A stretch of DNA of 64,000 bases from positions 32,001-96,000 of the forward strand of contig CAVUWV010000013.1 in assembly GCA_963745075.1 (NCBI GenBank). The letters are read 5' to 3'. Within the stretch, counting starts at the first letter, position 1, and every line of letters begins with the position of its first letter. Of this stretch, positions 41,058 to 51,395 are shown piece after piece. A program made the translations under genes and the position numbers. The notes beneath the pieces were generated by a model. It saw nothing but the letters and a program-made list of their open reading frames with translations. It was not told where the DNA came from and did not search any database. This stretch comes from Candidatus Hydrogenedentota bacterium. Lineage in GTDB: Bacteria > Hydrogenedentota > Hydrogenedentia > Hydrogenedentales > SLHB01.

Positions 41058-42143
41058 ATGGCTGGATTAGACCAAAGTCCGACTATCTATGACGTCGCCG
41101 AACGTGCGGGAGTTTCCGCCAACACGGTGAGCCGCGCCCTGAATGGCAAGAACGGGGTCTCGCGGGGGACCCGGGCCCGGATCGTCGCGCTCGCAAAGGA
41201 AATGAACTACCAGCCCCATATTGGGGCGCGTTCGTTGCGCGTAAAACGTAAAGGGTGCGTTGGCCTGACAATTCCCGCACCGGTCGATACCGTCCCGGTG
41301 AGCCGCGATTTCTTTATTTACCTCTGCGCAGAACTGAATCGAATATTCGGATCTCGGGGCGAACGTATTTGTCTCGACCTGAATCCATTTATCGAGTCGG
41401 GCAGCGCGGACTATGGGCGAAGTATTTGGCAGAAGCTGTTTAGCGCCTGCATCTTGGCGGGACCCTTGGCCACAAACGACATCACCATTCACCGGATTCA
41501 TAGCTCCGGAGTCCCGTACGTGGCTTTGGGCCGTCTCGACAGCCTACCCGAATGCAGTTGCGCTACGGTGGACTACGATCGAGGGGCGTACGAATGCGTC
41601 CGGTATCTGACGAACCGGGGGCACCGCCGAATCGGTATGTTGAAGGCCCTTTCCGATTACCAGCCCGGCGTCGAGCGCCACCGCGGGTATTTGCGGGCGT
41701 TAGAAATGGAAGGTATCGAACCGGACGAACGCTTGATTCAACCCGTTTGTTTCGTCATGCGGAACGTGGCAAATGCCACCTATCGCCTGTTGAACGATAA
41801 ATCCGTTACGGCCATGGTTGATGCGAGCGGTATAGAGGACGGTGCGGCGATTCGGGAAGGCGCTCGCCGTGCTGGACGCATTCCCGGGAAGGACTTCGAC
41901 ATCGTCTGCTGGACGTACTCCATGGACGTGCCGGTCATGGAGGAGGCCTGTGCACATCTGTGGCTCCCGGTGCGGGAATCTGCCTCGGAAGGCATCGAAC
42001 TGCTCTCGGAATGGTTTTGGGAAAAGCGGGAGGGTCCCGTGCGTGTCGTGTATGACCCGACGATTGTGAGAACCGACCTGCTTGTCGCCCGTTCGCGTGA
42101 GCAACAACCGGTGACTAATCGCCTCTTTTATGCCTCCCTGTAA
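41058..42143 (+). CDS. LacI-family transcriptional regulator
   Basis: TIYDVAERAGVSANTVSRALN HTH; GHRRIGML in the sugar-binding domain. Confidence 0.92.
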   Translation: MAGLDQSPTIYDVAERAGVSANTVSRALNGKNGVSRGTRARIVALAKEMNYQPHIGARSLRVKRKGCVGLTIPAPVDTVPVSRDFFIYLCAELNRIFGSRGERICLDLNPFIESGSADYGRSIWQKLFSACILAGPLATNDITIHRIHSSGVPYVALGRLDSLPECSCATVDYDRGAYECVRYLTNRGHRRIGMLKALSDYQPGVERHRGYLRALEMEGIEPDERLIQPVCFVMRNVANATYRLLNDKSVTAMVDASGIEDGAAIREGARRAGRIPGKDFDIVCWTYSMDVPVMEEACAHLWLPVRESASEGIELLSEWFWEKREGPVRVVYDPTIVRTDLLVARSREQQPVTNRLFYASL

Positions 42144-42236
42144 GGGGAATACGGGACACCGGCGATACCGGTCTGAGCGCGTTATTCGACGGCGAGTTTG
42201 GTCCGGCCGCGGTTGCCGAGCAGTGGTGTGGGCTAC

Positions 42237-43417
42237 TAGTGGTGTGATTTATAGTTGAGGGAATTTATCGTTTGTCGTATGCGTTCTGTATATAACTGGC
42301 TCGCAATGTGGAGAGGACCATGCGCATAGCAGCGAAGATACACCTCAATGAGGAAGAACAGCAAACACTGACGAAATGGTCGCGAGGACGCAGCACGCCG
42401 GCGCGCTTGGTGCAACGGGCTAAGATAATCCTGCTGGCAGAGCAAGGCCTGCAAAACAAAGATATCGCCAAAATGCTCGGCGTAATGGAACGAACGGTTG
42501 GGCGTTGGCGCGGGCGCTTTGCGAAAGGCGGCTTGGCGGTCATCGACAAAGACCTGCCCCGTGGCGGACGCCACGCCACAGAGCGCGAGAAACATGAGGC
42601 TTCCATCATCAAGAAGGTACAGGAAGAGAAGCCCAACAACGCCACCCACTGGACTACCCGTGAACTTGCCGAAGCTGTCGGAACCAGTCAGAACCTCGTC
42701 TTCCGCGTGCTGCGCGCCAACGGGCTCAAGCCGCACCTGGTGAAGACGTTCAAAGTCAGCAACGATCCGCGCTTCGAGGAGAAGCTGCGCGACGTGGTGG
42801 GATTGTACTTGAACCCACCCGAGCACGCGCTGGTGATTAGCGCCGATGAGAAGACATCGATTCAGGCACTTGACCGGACGCAGCCGGAACTGCCTATCAA
42901 GAAAGGCCGTTGCGGCACGATGACGCATGACTACAAGCGCAACGGAACGACCACGCTCTTTGCGGCCGTTGAGATGGCCGAGGGGCAGGTCATATCGACC
43001 TGCATGGACAAGCACCGCCATCAAGAATGGATCAAGTTCCTCAAGCTGATTGACAAGGAAACGCCGTCCGCCTTGGACGTCCATTTGATCGTGGACAACT
43101 ATGCCACGCACAAACACGAGAAGGTGAAGAATTGGCTGAAACGGCACCCCCGGTTTCATATCCATTTCACGCCGACCAGCAGCTCTTGGCTCAATGTCAT
43201 CGAAGGCTTCTTCGCCAAGCTCACCCAGAAACGTTTGCGCCGCGGCATCTTCAAGAGCGTCGCCGATCTGAAAAGGGCCATCAAAGAATTCATCGAGGCG
43301 CATAACCGGGACCCAAAACCTTTCGTATGGACAGCCACCGCAGAGAAGATCATCGAGAAAGTCGGCCGTGCGCGTATCGCAATGCATAATGATCCATCAG
43401 CTTAAATCAAACCACTA
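42237..43417 (+). mobile_element. IS630-family insertion sequence, apparently intact
   Basis: Terminal inverted repeats TAGTGGTGTGATTTATAGTTGA / TCAGCTTAAATCAAACCACTA; TA target duplication in a CTAG context. Confidence 0.93.
42320..43405 (+). CDS. IS630 transposase
   Basis: [40 protein letters not shown] motifs. Confidence 0.95.
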   Translation: MRIAAKIHLNEEEQQTLTKWSRGRSTPARLVQRAKIILLAEQGLQNKDIAKMLGVMERTVGRWRGRFAKGGLAVIDKDLPRGGRHATEREKHEASIIKKVQEEKPNNATHWTTRELAEAVGTSQNLVFRVLRANGLKPHLVKTFKVSNDPRFEEKLRDVVGLYLNPPEHALVISADEKTSIQALDRTQPELPIKKGRCGTMTHDYKRNGTTTLFAAVEMAEGQVISTCMDKHRHQEWIKFLKLIDKETPSALDVHLIVDNYATHKHEKVKNWLKRHPRFHIHFTPTSSSWLNVIEGFFAKLTQKRLRRGIFKSVADLKRAIKEFIEAHNRDPKPFVWTATAEKIIEKVGRARIAMHNDPSA

Positions 43418-43697
43418 GCTTGCAACTTCGGTTGCACGTGTACTATCCGGTCGCGGCGCGGCCGCGCAGCGCATGGTGGCCAGCGCCTTATCGAGGACCA
43501 CGACGGCGTGCTACGTCTGGTCCTCTCGAACCAGAACGGTTTCTGCCGACACGCCATCCACCAGTGTCAGCGCCGAAACCGGAATGATCCTGAAGTACAC
43601 GTCGCACCTCCTCTTGGCGATGCCCTTCGAAGGTCATCGGCCGGTCGATTTGGTGGCAGAACCTGACGGATTGTTTCGCCGCAAGTATTACCAAATA

Positions 43698-43917
43698 CTA
43701 CGACGACCACCTCACCTTCAATTCCCGCCCGGTTTCTCGGCAATCCTGAAGATACAGGTTGATGAGTGTCCGATAGGGGGAATCCGGTTTCCTCCGCCTT
43801 ATTTTTGAAGTATTCGATTACCTCCGGATCCAGACGGAGGGTTATCTGATTCTTGAGCCGCCGGGCATAGGGGTTCTTGCGGGATTTCATCTTGTCAAAG
43901 TCGTACTCGGCTTTCAT
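43698..43917 (-). pseudogene. BrnA-like antitoxin with a +1 frameshift in a C5 run; no cognate toxin upstream
   Basis: MKAEYDF..RKNPYA..ITLRLDPEVIEYFK..ETG(F)P|YRTLINLYLQDC after removing one C. Confidence 0.75.
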
Positions 43918-43923
43918 GACTCG

Positions 43924-44037
43924 TCATGTAGCGCAGGCGTCCCCGCCTGCCAATCATCAGATCATAAGCCACACCTATTGTAGACGCTCCGGTATAGGCA
44001 TCGAAGGAATGCAGGCGGGGACGCTTGCGCTACATGA
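43924..44037. repeat. REP/REPIN-like inverted pair
   Basis: 27-bp inverted repeats TCATGTAGCGCAGGCGTCCCCGCCTGC / GCAGGCGGGGACGCTTGCGCTACATGA (1 mismatch), each with an internal hairpin. Confidence 0.8.
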
Positions 44038-44076
44038 GTTGTACACGCCGATCGTTTCAATAGGCGTCGTTATTCA

Positions 44077-45009
44077 TTACGCCACCAGTTCGCGCAGCAT
44101 CTCGATATACTTCGGTACCTCCGTGAACGGGTCTTCGGGTTCCTCGTATTCGAGGACGAGATAGCCGCGGTACCCCGCGTCCCGCAGAATCTTTACAATC
44201 CGTCCAAAGTCCGCGGGTTCTTTCTTTCCGTTGGGGTGAACGGATACCTTGATCTGCGCGTTCACGGCGTAGGGCGCGATCTCCGCGAGTTCGGCATAGG
44301 GATCGGCGGACCGGAAATTGCCGCTGTCGAAATTGACGCCGAACCACGGGGACGACTTGACGCCTTTCACGATGCGCATCATCTGTTCAACCTTGTTGGT
44401 GATGCCGCCGTGGTTTTCCAGCGCCAGGAAGACCCCACGTTCCGCCGCGTAGTCCAACGAGGTGTTGATGCCTTCGATGCAATTCGCCACGGCCTCGTCT
44501 TCACTGAGCCCGTCGGGCACTTTCCCGGCGGCGAATATGCGGATAACCGGCGCACCCATGGTGGCGGCGTGATCGATCCACTCCCGCGTATCGGCCAGTT
44601 GCTTGTCGCGCTCGGGACCCGGGCCCATGCCGAAGTCATTGCCGATAGCAGTTCCGGAGATATCCAGACCCAGCCGGAACGTCAACTCTTTCATGTGCAT
44701 GAGATAGTCGTGGGTGATGGTTTCCGGGAAGTAGTAGGCGGTCGGCTCGCAGCCATCGAGGTCCAAATCGGCGCAGAACCGGATAAAGTCATCGTACGGC
44801 ATCTTGGCATTCGCCATCGCTTCCTCGTTCGGACGACGCAGCAGCATCTTGTTGAACGAATACCCCGCCAGACTGAGCTTCATATACGGCTTCCCGGTCC
44901 GAACCGGCGGTTCGGCGGCCCGCGATGCATGTCCGCCCAAGGCGAGTGCGCCGGCACTGAGCGCAGCGCCTTTCAGAAACCCACGACGATCGCTGAGAGT
45001 GTGCTTCAC
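44077..45009 (-). CDS. Tat-exported sugar phosphate isomerase/epimerase (xylose isomerase-like TIM barrel)
   Basis: SDRRGFLK twin-Arg signal; LENHGG, NFDSGN, LEYE motifs. Confidence 0.88.
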   Translation of the reverse strand: MKHTLSDRRGFLKGAALSAGALALGGHASRAAEPPVRTGKPYMKLSLAGYSFNKMLLRRPNEEAMANAKMPYDDFIRFCADLDLDGCEPTAYYFPETITHDYLMHMKELTFRLGLDISGTAIGNDFGMGPGPERDKQLADTREWIDHAATMGAPVIRIFAAGKVPDGLSEDEAVANCIEGINTSLDYAAERGVFLALENHGGITNKVEQMMRIVKGVKSSPWFGVNFDSGNFRSADPYAELAEIAPYAVNAQIKVSVHPNGKKEPADFGRIVKILRDAGYRGYLVLEYEEPEDPFTEVPKYIEMLRELVA

Positions 45010-45170
45010 GACGAGAATCCTCCCTGTATTCAATGCGCTGGGCGCGTGACCGATTTCAAAAGCACAGTGTACCAGAGGCCACGCCGGTGGGGGGAATCGA
45101 CGATTTCGGCTGCATTCCAGGCCAGGTTCAGGTACCATGAAATACGCGCCAGACAGCGTGGGGCAGGGAG

Positions 45171-45449
45171 GTGGCTATGATCAACGTCGAAAAAGTCAAC
45201 GATGAAACCTATCGCGTCACGATCGAAGAACGCACCACCACCGAGCACGAGGTGACGCTCACCCAGGACTACTACCAGTCCCTGACCGGCGGGAAAATAG
45301 CGCCCGAGGCGTTGATCAAACAGTCGTTTGAATTCCTGCTCGAACGGGAAAGCAACACGAGTATCTTGCGCTCCTTCGAGTTGCCGGTCATCGGGCACTA
45401 CTTTCCCGAGTACGAACGGATCATCCGAAACCGGGTGGGTTCGAAGTGA
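45171..45449 (+). CDS. small hypothetical protein
   Basis: GGGAG SD; globular-looking 92-aa ORF (SFEFLLERE..SIL..F.L.VI..YFPEYE). Confidence 0.7.
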   Translation: MAMINVEKVNDETYRVTIEERTTTEHEVTLTQDYYQSLTGGKIAPEALIKQSFEFLLERESNTSILRSFELPVIGHYFPEYERIIRNRVGSK

Positions 45450-45513
45450 GCCAACTGTCGAACGGCAAATGGGGCACGGGCGTCTCGCCCGTGATTATCT
45501 GGGGCGACACATA

Positions 45514-47547
45514 ATGCATAGCGTATTACTGAGCGCGGTTCTGCTGATGTTGTCGGGACTACTACCCACTTCCGCTGCGGTTGCGTCTGGCATTCCATTT
45601 CCTGGTAAAGAGCCCGGCACGGCCAAGGCGGAACAGTCTGATAACAGCTTTACCCTGAGCAACGACGTCCTTTCAGCGCATTGGCGCGTGGATGGGGGCA
45701 AACTGCGGCTGACCGAATTCACGAACGCCTTGGCCTCCGCACCTGAGACCGCGACGGAAGGCGAGCCATTCGTCATCACCCTGACCACCGGCGACACGCT
45801 GAACGCATCGGACTGCGCGACAACGAGTGCTCCTCAAGTCGAACGGATCACCGGCCGTTCCAACGCCCGGCGGCTGGCCGACCGGAGTGGGGGAGCGCGC
45901 GTGTCTGTCGCGTTGGCCTCGCCCGACCAATCGCTGGACGTTACCTGGAAAGCGGAGTTGCGGGATGGCTCCAACTACGTGATCCAGCGTGTGACGCTCG
46001 TGCCCGTGAACGGAGATTTCCCGGTCGAGACGGTTCGCCTTATCGATGTGGTTGCACCGGCCGCGAAGGTGACTGGCGTGACCCAAGGCGCGCCGGTTGT
46101 GGCGGGAACGTGCTTCTTCGCGCTCGAGCATCCCATGTCGGAGAGTGTCGTCGAAGGCAGCCGTGTACGGTGCAGTTTGCACAGGGGTGAGCCGTTGGCA
46201 AAGGGCAAGCCGCTTGCGTTGTCCTCCGTCATGGGAGTGACGCCCCCGAACCAACTCCGGCGAGGGTTCCTGTACTACCTCGAGCGCGAACGGGCCCATC
46301 CCTATCGCCCGTTTCTCCACTACAACTCCTGGTACGACATCTCCTGGGGCGACCGGAAATTTAATGAGGCCCAGTCCATCGCGGCCATCGAAACCTTCGG
46401 TCGCGAACTGGTTGAGAAGCGCGGCGTGACGATGGACAGCTTCGTGTTTGACGACGGCTGGGACGACAATGCGACGTTGTGGCAGTTTCACGACGGGTTT
46501 CCGAACGGGTTCACACCATTGCGAAAGGCGGCGGAACGATACGGCTCTGCGCTGGGCGTTTGGTTATCCCCGTTCGGCGGTTACGGCGAAGCGCGGGAGC
46601 AACGCCTGAAATACGGGAGGGAGCAAGGCTTCGAGGTCAATCGCAACGGCTTTTCCCTGGCCGGTGAACGGTACTATAAGCGATTTCACGATATCTGCGC
46701 GGCGATGGTGCAAACGTACGGCGTGAACTTCTTTAAGTTCGACGGCATGGGCCCCGGAAATAACAAGGTCGGTGGCGAGGAGTTTCTGGATGATATCGAG
46801 GCGCTGATGCGATTGACGGATCAGTTGCGCGAATTGGAACCGGACCTTTTCGTCAGCGCCACGACCGGCACCTGGTGTACGCCGTACTTCCTGTGGCATG
46901 CCGACAGCACCTGGCGCAGCGCCAGCGACATGGATTTCTGCGGCAAGGGTTCCAAGCGCCAACAATGGATCAACTACCGCGACACGTATACCTACCAGAA
47001 CGTCGTGCAGCAGGGACCGCTCTATCCGCTCAATTCTCTCATGACCCAGGGGATCGTCCATTCGCAACACGGCCCTTCCGCGCTCATGGGGGGCAACCCC
47101 AAGGATTTCGCGGACGAGGTCTGGTCTTTCTTCGGAAGCGGCACGGACCTGCAAGAACTCTACATCGCGCCCCAACTGCTTACAGCACAGATGTGGGACA
47201 TCCTGGCCGCGGGCGCCAAGTGGTCACGCGAGAATGCCGATGTCTTGGTCGACACCCATTGGATTGGCGGGGACCCCGGCCAAAACGAAATCTACGGGTG
47301 GGCGTCCTGGTCGCCGCGAAAGGCGATCCTCGTACTGCGCAACCCGGACGACAAACTGGCGACTATCACGATCGATATCGGACACGCTTTTGAATTGCCG
47401 GATGGCGCAACGCGCGACTACCGCCTGCAGTCGCCCGGCCCAAGCGCACAGCAGACGGAGGTGATAGAGGTTGCCGCGGGGCAGCCCCACACCATCTCCC
47501 TGGATGCATTTCAGACGGTCGTCTACGACGCCGAGCTTACGCGCTGA
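45514..47547 (+). CDS. exported glycoside hydrolase, alpha-galactosidase (GH-D clan)-like TIM barrel
   Basis: Signal peptide; HYNSWYD, FVFDDGWD, GVWLSP, FFKFDG motifs. Confidence 0.75.
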   Translation: MHSVLLSAVLLMLSGLLPTSAAVASGIPFPGKEPGTAKAEQSDNSFTLSNDVLSAHWRVDGGKLRLTEFTNALASAPETATEGEPFVITLTTGDTLNASDCATTSAPQVERITGRSNARRLADRSGGARVSVALASPDQSLDVTWKAELRDGSNYVIQRVTLVPVNGDFPVETVRLIDVVAPAAKVTGVTQGAPVVAGTCFFALEHPMSESVVEGSRVRCSLHRGEPLAKGKPLALSSVMGVTPPNQLRRGFLYYLERERAHPYRPFLHYNSWYDISWGDRKFNEAQSIAAIETFGRELVEKRGVTMDSFVFDDGWDDNATLWQFHDGFPNGFTPLRKAAERYGSALGVWLSPFGGYGEAREQRLKYGREQGFEVNRNGFSLAGERYYKRFHDICAAMVQTYGVNFFKFDGMGPGNNKVGGEEFLDDIEALMRLTDQLRELEPDLFVSATTGTWCTPYFLWHADSTWRSASDMDFCGKGSKRQQWINYRDTYTYQNVVQQGPLYPLNSLMTQGIVHSQHGPSALMGGNPKDFADEVWSFFGSGTDLQELYIAPQLLTAQMWDILAAGAKWSRENADVLVDTHWIGGDPGQNEIYGWASWSPRKAILVLRNPDDKLATITIDIGHAFELPDGATRDYRLQSPGPSAQQTEVIEVAAGQPHTISLDAFQTVVYDAELTR

Positions 47548-47832
47548 CACGCTACGCGCTTCGACAAAGATCACCGACAGCGCGATTACCGGTTCTTATT
47601 CTCCCGGTTCCGTTGCGGGGGTATGATTCTAATCTTCTTGAGATGACGCAGACGAATGGAGGAGTTCGCGCACGTAACCCTTCCAAGGGTAAAGAATTAA
47701 GTGCCGAAACGATTCAGTTTCCACGGTGCGTGTCCGCTTCGCCTGAATAGGGGGCGGCTGCTCCCCGATCTCGTTCGAAAGAAAATCGTTCTTGGGACAT
47801 GCGGTATCCTCATCATGACCGATGGGTACTGT

Positions 47833-48822
47833 CTAATCCAAAAGAACCGGGTCAAATGATTCTGCCTGGTCGGCGGTGAGCGTATGGGCAATTCCATACG
47901 GTAAGTCGTGCTGCGCGCAGTAAGCCGGCAACATCCGAAGGATCTTCCGAATCGATTCGGGGGCGATACTCGTAAGCGGCACGTTGCATGCCCTCATGGC
48001 GTCTTTCAGGGGGCCAACGTCCTGACCCTGCAAATGCGCCATTATCAGGATCCCCGGACCTACCAGGTCTCCGTGTGGGAGCCCCTTCCCCAACAGACTT
48101 TCAGCCGCATATGCGAAATAGTGCTCACTACCCTCTTCCGGCCGGGAGTGGCCGATAAGATTGCAAAGCTGTACTTCCATGGCCAGGCATTCCAGTAGCC
48201 TGCGCAAGCCATTCGGCTCGCCCCGACCGGCCGAAGCTGCACACACCAAACACGCATCTTGGATAGACGCCGCCATCGCGTCTACGGACGCGTCGTATGA
48301 CATCATATCTGAATTCTTTCCAGCGTCGCGGGCAAACTTCCAGTCAGAACGCCCGGTGGCAATGGATAACACGTCTGTTATGCCGGCAGAACGAATTTCG
48401 ATGGGAGCTGCGGCCACCAGATCAAGGTCTACTACAATCAGGTCTGGAGACTTTGTTTCGAGGTATCGGACGCAGCCGTTTTCCCGATACCCTGACGCCC
48501 ACGTCAGGAAGGCGTCGACAGATAGCGCGGTGGGGACACACACAAGCTTCCGGCCCGTTGTGGCCGCAACGTACTTGGCGACGTTGACGGCAAGACCCCC
48601 TCCCAGGGCGTAGATGACTTCCCCTGATAAAGCAGGAATAAAGCTGTTCCAATGCTCAATGGTTGCCTCTTGTACTTCATGGATCTTCCGGGGAACGAAG
48701 CTGAGCCGCCGACCGACTGCGTCAAGAATCCCCTTGCTGACAAACAGATCCGAGGTCCGTTCTTCGACCAGTTGGTTCAAGCACGTGTACTGAATGAGCG
48801 GTAGGCCCCAGCAGCGTTTCAT
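47833..48822 (-). CDS. glycerol-1-phosphate dehydrogenase-like (EgsA/AraM; DHQS/Fe-ADH fold)
   Basis: LGGG..NVAKY, VPTALSVDA, SAGITDVLS, SRPEEGSEH, LPHGDLVG. Confidence 0.72.
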   Translation of the reverse strand: MKRCWGLPLIQYTCLNQLVEERTSDLFVSKGILDAVGRRLSFVPRKIHEVQEATIEHWNSFIPALSGEVIYALGGGLAVNVAKYVAATTGRKLVCVPTALSVDAFLTWASGYRENGCVRYLETKSPDLIVVDLDLVAAAPIEIRSAGITDVLSIATGRSDWKFARDAGKNSDMMSYDASVDAMAASIQDACLVCAASAGRGEPNGLRRLLECLAMEVQLCNLIGHSRPEEGSEHYFAYAAESLLGKGLPHGDLVGPGILIMAHLQGQDVGPLKDAMRACNVPLTSIAPESIRKILRMLPAYCAQHDLPYGIAHTLTADQAESFDPVLLD

Positions 48823-49335
48823 GACACACGGTCTCCTTTCAGTACGCCTTGATTTGGTTCACGGGGTTGCGTTTCGGAAATTCAGAGACAAGCACACGGG
48901 GTACCACCATCCAGGTAGAACAATCACCCAAAGAGGTAGGACCGCACACTGGATTTCCCTCTAGGGTGTTTCCCAATAAATCGCGGAGTATTCGCGTGCC
49001 GGATGCAGAACGTATATTCGAACCGACCGAATTCGGCGGTAGGCTGCGTCAGGCCTGCGGCCCGGCCCTGTACCATTGGAAATACTCCGAGAGGGTTTGA
49101 ACGAAACATAGACTACCCTTAGCTGTATATGGCCCTATATGCTTATATCCGCACGATTGGAATTAAACAAATTGCACCGCTGTAAGTTGCCGCTTAAAAA
49201 TGACTTGTGCGAAATACGCCTGTGTCGATCCTGTCCGGACTACACTCGGAACTCCCGGCAGCCGGTTGGGAATATTGAACGAGACTTCATGCGATTGTGC
49301 CAAGTCCAGTTCTGGTCTTGATAGCTGCTAATGTA

Positions 49336-49659
49336 TTATTGCGTATCTGGTTTGCAGACCACACATGGCTCAAGACCCATGGATACCGCTTCGCTCCGGG
49401 GGACGGAAAGTACTTGCGCCGATCCTCGCCGAAGTCGTTGGCATCCTTGCTTGTGAAACCACCCACGACCATCTTGATAAAAGACCGTCGGATCGTCCGG
49501 ATTACTGTTCGCGGCGGCTTGTTCGAGTTTCTGATCCAGCTTGTCGTATTTCTCGGCGTCCTGTTGACTATCCGCGCCGCTGCAGCCCATCACTCCCATT
49601 GCAAGCGTGACGATCACGATTACCGTTAGAGTGAGTACAAGTGAATTGCGCATAAGCAT
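49336..49659 (-). CDS. small lipoprotein with Ada metal-binding-like C-terminus
   Basis: Lipobox VMGC; FHKQGCQRL...A...GLEPCVVCKP. Confidence 0.7.
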   Translation of the reverse strand: MLMRNSLVLTLTVIVIVTLAMGVMGCSGADSQQDAEKYDKLDQKLEQAAANSNPDDPTVFYQDGRGWFHKQGCQRLRRGSAQVLSVPRSEAVSMGLEPCVVCKPDTQ

Positions 49660-50062
49660 TCCAGGATCTCCTTTTTAATTTTGTCATAGATGCGGACTTG
49701 AAGTTATGTGATGCTCTTACACATTCCCGAAAGATCTTCGATCGGCGTCTTCGGCGTCTTCCCGATAACGTAGCGGAGTATGCGCGAAGTTGCGGAGAAA
49801 TCTGAGCTACTTTCGCCAAGGACTTCGCGAGTCTAACGTGGAATTCAAAATTATGCAATACCCTTCTACTGTTCGCCGTGGCCCCGGGGGAGGATTGTTC
49901 TGCTGACGCACGAAGAGACAGACCGCATCAACGACGCGACCATTCTATCTTTGGCCGGTACAACGGAAGTCACGACAGGAAACGCGGGTAGGAGCCTGCG
50001 CAATCCGATGAAGTCCAGGATGGGCTAGACGATATGGCTGCCGTGGAAGACGCAAGAATGTA

Positions 50063-50851
50063 TCAACGTCTTTTGCGAAAGCGTGCGGGTGGATTGCCAG
50101 AAAACCGTTTGAATGCAACGGCAAAGGCGAATTCGTTGGTGTAACCTACCATATCGGATATTACGGCGATTGAATAATCATGGAGGACGAGTAACTCTTG
50201 CGCTCGTTCCATCCGCAATCGTTGCACCATCTTCATGGGCGACATGCCGGTATACTTTTTGCACAGGCGATAAAGGGATGGGGCGCTGAGATTCAAGCGG
50301 TCGGCCATCTCCCTGACTGACCAAGGATGCCGTAGGTCGTTTGCCACAATTTCCCAAAGGTCATTCAGTTCAACGCGGTGGTCGGCGACGAGTTGTTGTT
50401 CATTCACGCCAAGTTCACGTTCAATGTCCACCACTATCAATCGTGCATACAGGCTGGCCGCAATTCGAAAATCAGCTCGCGGATTTCTGCATTCCCGGAG
50501 AAACCCTCGCATTGCCGAGTTTATGGCCGTGCTATAGCTTGTGCGTCGAATGACGGGACCCTGTCCGGCCAAATAGGACCAGCGGTCCAGATCGGGCAAA
50601 TGTACCCAGGTGAAGCGCCACGGCGCGTCGAGCGGAACGTATCCGAACGGCTGATTGGCCGGAACGATCAAAACGTAGCCGGGTTGCACCGGCGCTTGGT
50701 ACGATGGGGTGAAGAAGCTACCCTTGCCACGATCGGTGTAGACCAGGAGGTGGAAGCGAGGCTTCGTCCTCCCCAATTCGTACCCTGGGTACAGTTCGCT
50801 GATCCCTGCCTCGGCAACCAAATCGCACGTATCGACGTTCCTGGGTAGCAA
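50063..50851 (-). CDS. AraC-family transcriptional regulator (true N-terminus may extend to about 50930 across an indel)
   Basis: Double HTH: WSVREMA..LSAPSLYRL, SPMK..RMERA, VGYTNEFAFAVAFKR. Confidence 0.9.
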   Translation of the reverse strand: MLPRNVDTCDLVAEAGISELYPGYELGRTKPRFHLLVYTDRGKGSFFTPSYQAPVQPGYVLIVPANQPFGYVPLDAPWRFTWVHLPDLDRWSYLAGQGPVIRRTSYSTAINSAMRGFLRECRNPRADFRIAASLYARLIVVDIERELGVNEQQLVADHRVELNDLWEIVANDLRHPWSVREMADRLNLSAPSLYRLCKKYTGMSPMKMVQRLRMERAQELLVLHDYSIAVISDMVGYTNEFAFAVAFKRFSGNPPARFRKRR

Positions 50852-51395
50852 CGTGCCACGGCGAGAAGTGTTCTATACACCGGTCTGACCAGACCATTCT
50901 ATCCGTGATGGTCCGTTTTCCGGTTAGCATATCGTCTTGCATTCGGTTGAGATGACCCTCTTCATTTCCGGACACCTTCCTTGGAACAGGTGGCAGGATT
51001 TCCCTTCGACGGCCTTATAGCGTTTCTCTCAAGGCTTATAAGAACCCAAATATGTTGCATTCAAAAAAATGTTTACGTCCCCGTTGCAAACGACGTATTT
51101 TCAGGATCTTATAGGTGCGTGGTGGCCGAAGATTGCATGTCCGCCACTCAGCTTCATGATAGTATCGCAAATAAAATCGCTAGTTTCAACCATTGTAAAG
51201 ATACCCGAATCGGGCTAACACTGGAGATATGGGCAGGGTGTGGTGAACGTCTCAAGCGCATGTTGTTGCCGGAAGCAGGTGGGCAACAAAAGGTCGATCA
51301 TGCCAGGCACTTAATGTCCCGACGAATGATGCACCCTGTATGGACGTCAAAGTGTTTCTGAAGCTGTAGCACTCTATTAACAGGAGTAATAGCAT

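Noticed and set aside
42236..43387. 383-aa ORF antisense to the IS630 transposase
   Set aside because: Shadow frame of the transposase with no independent features.
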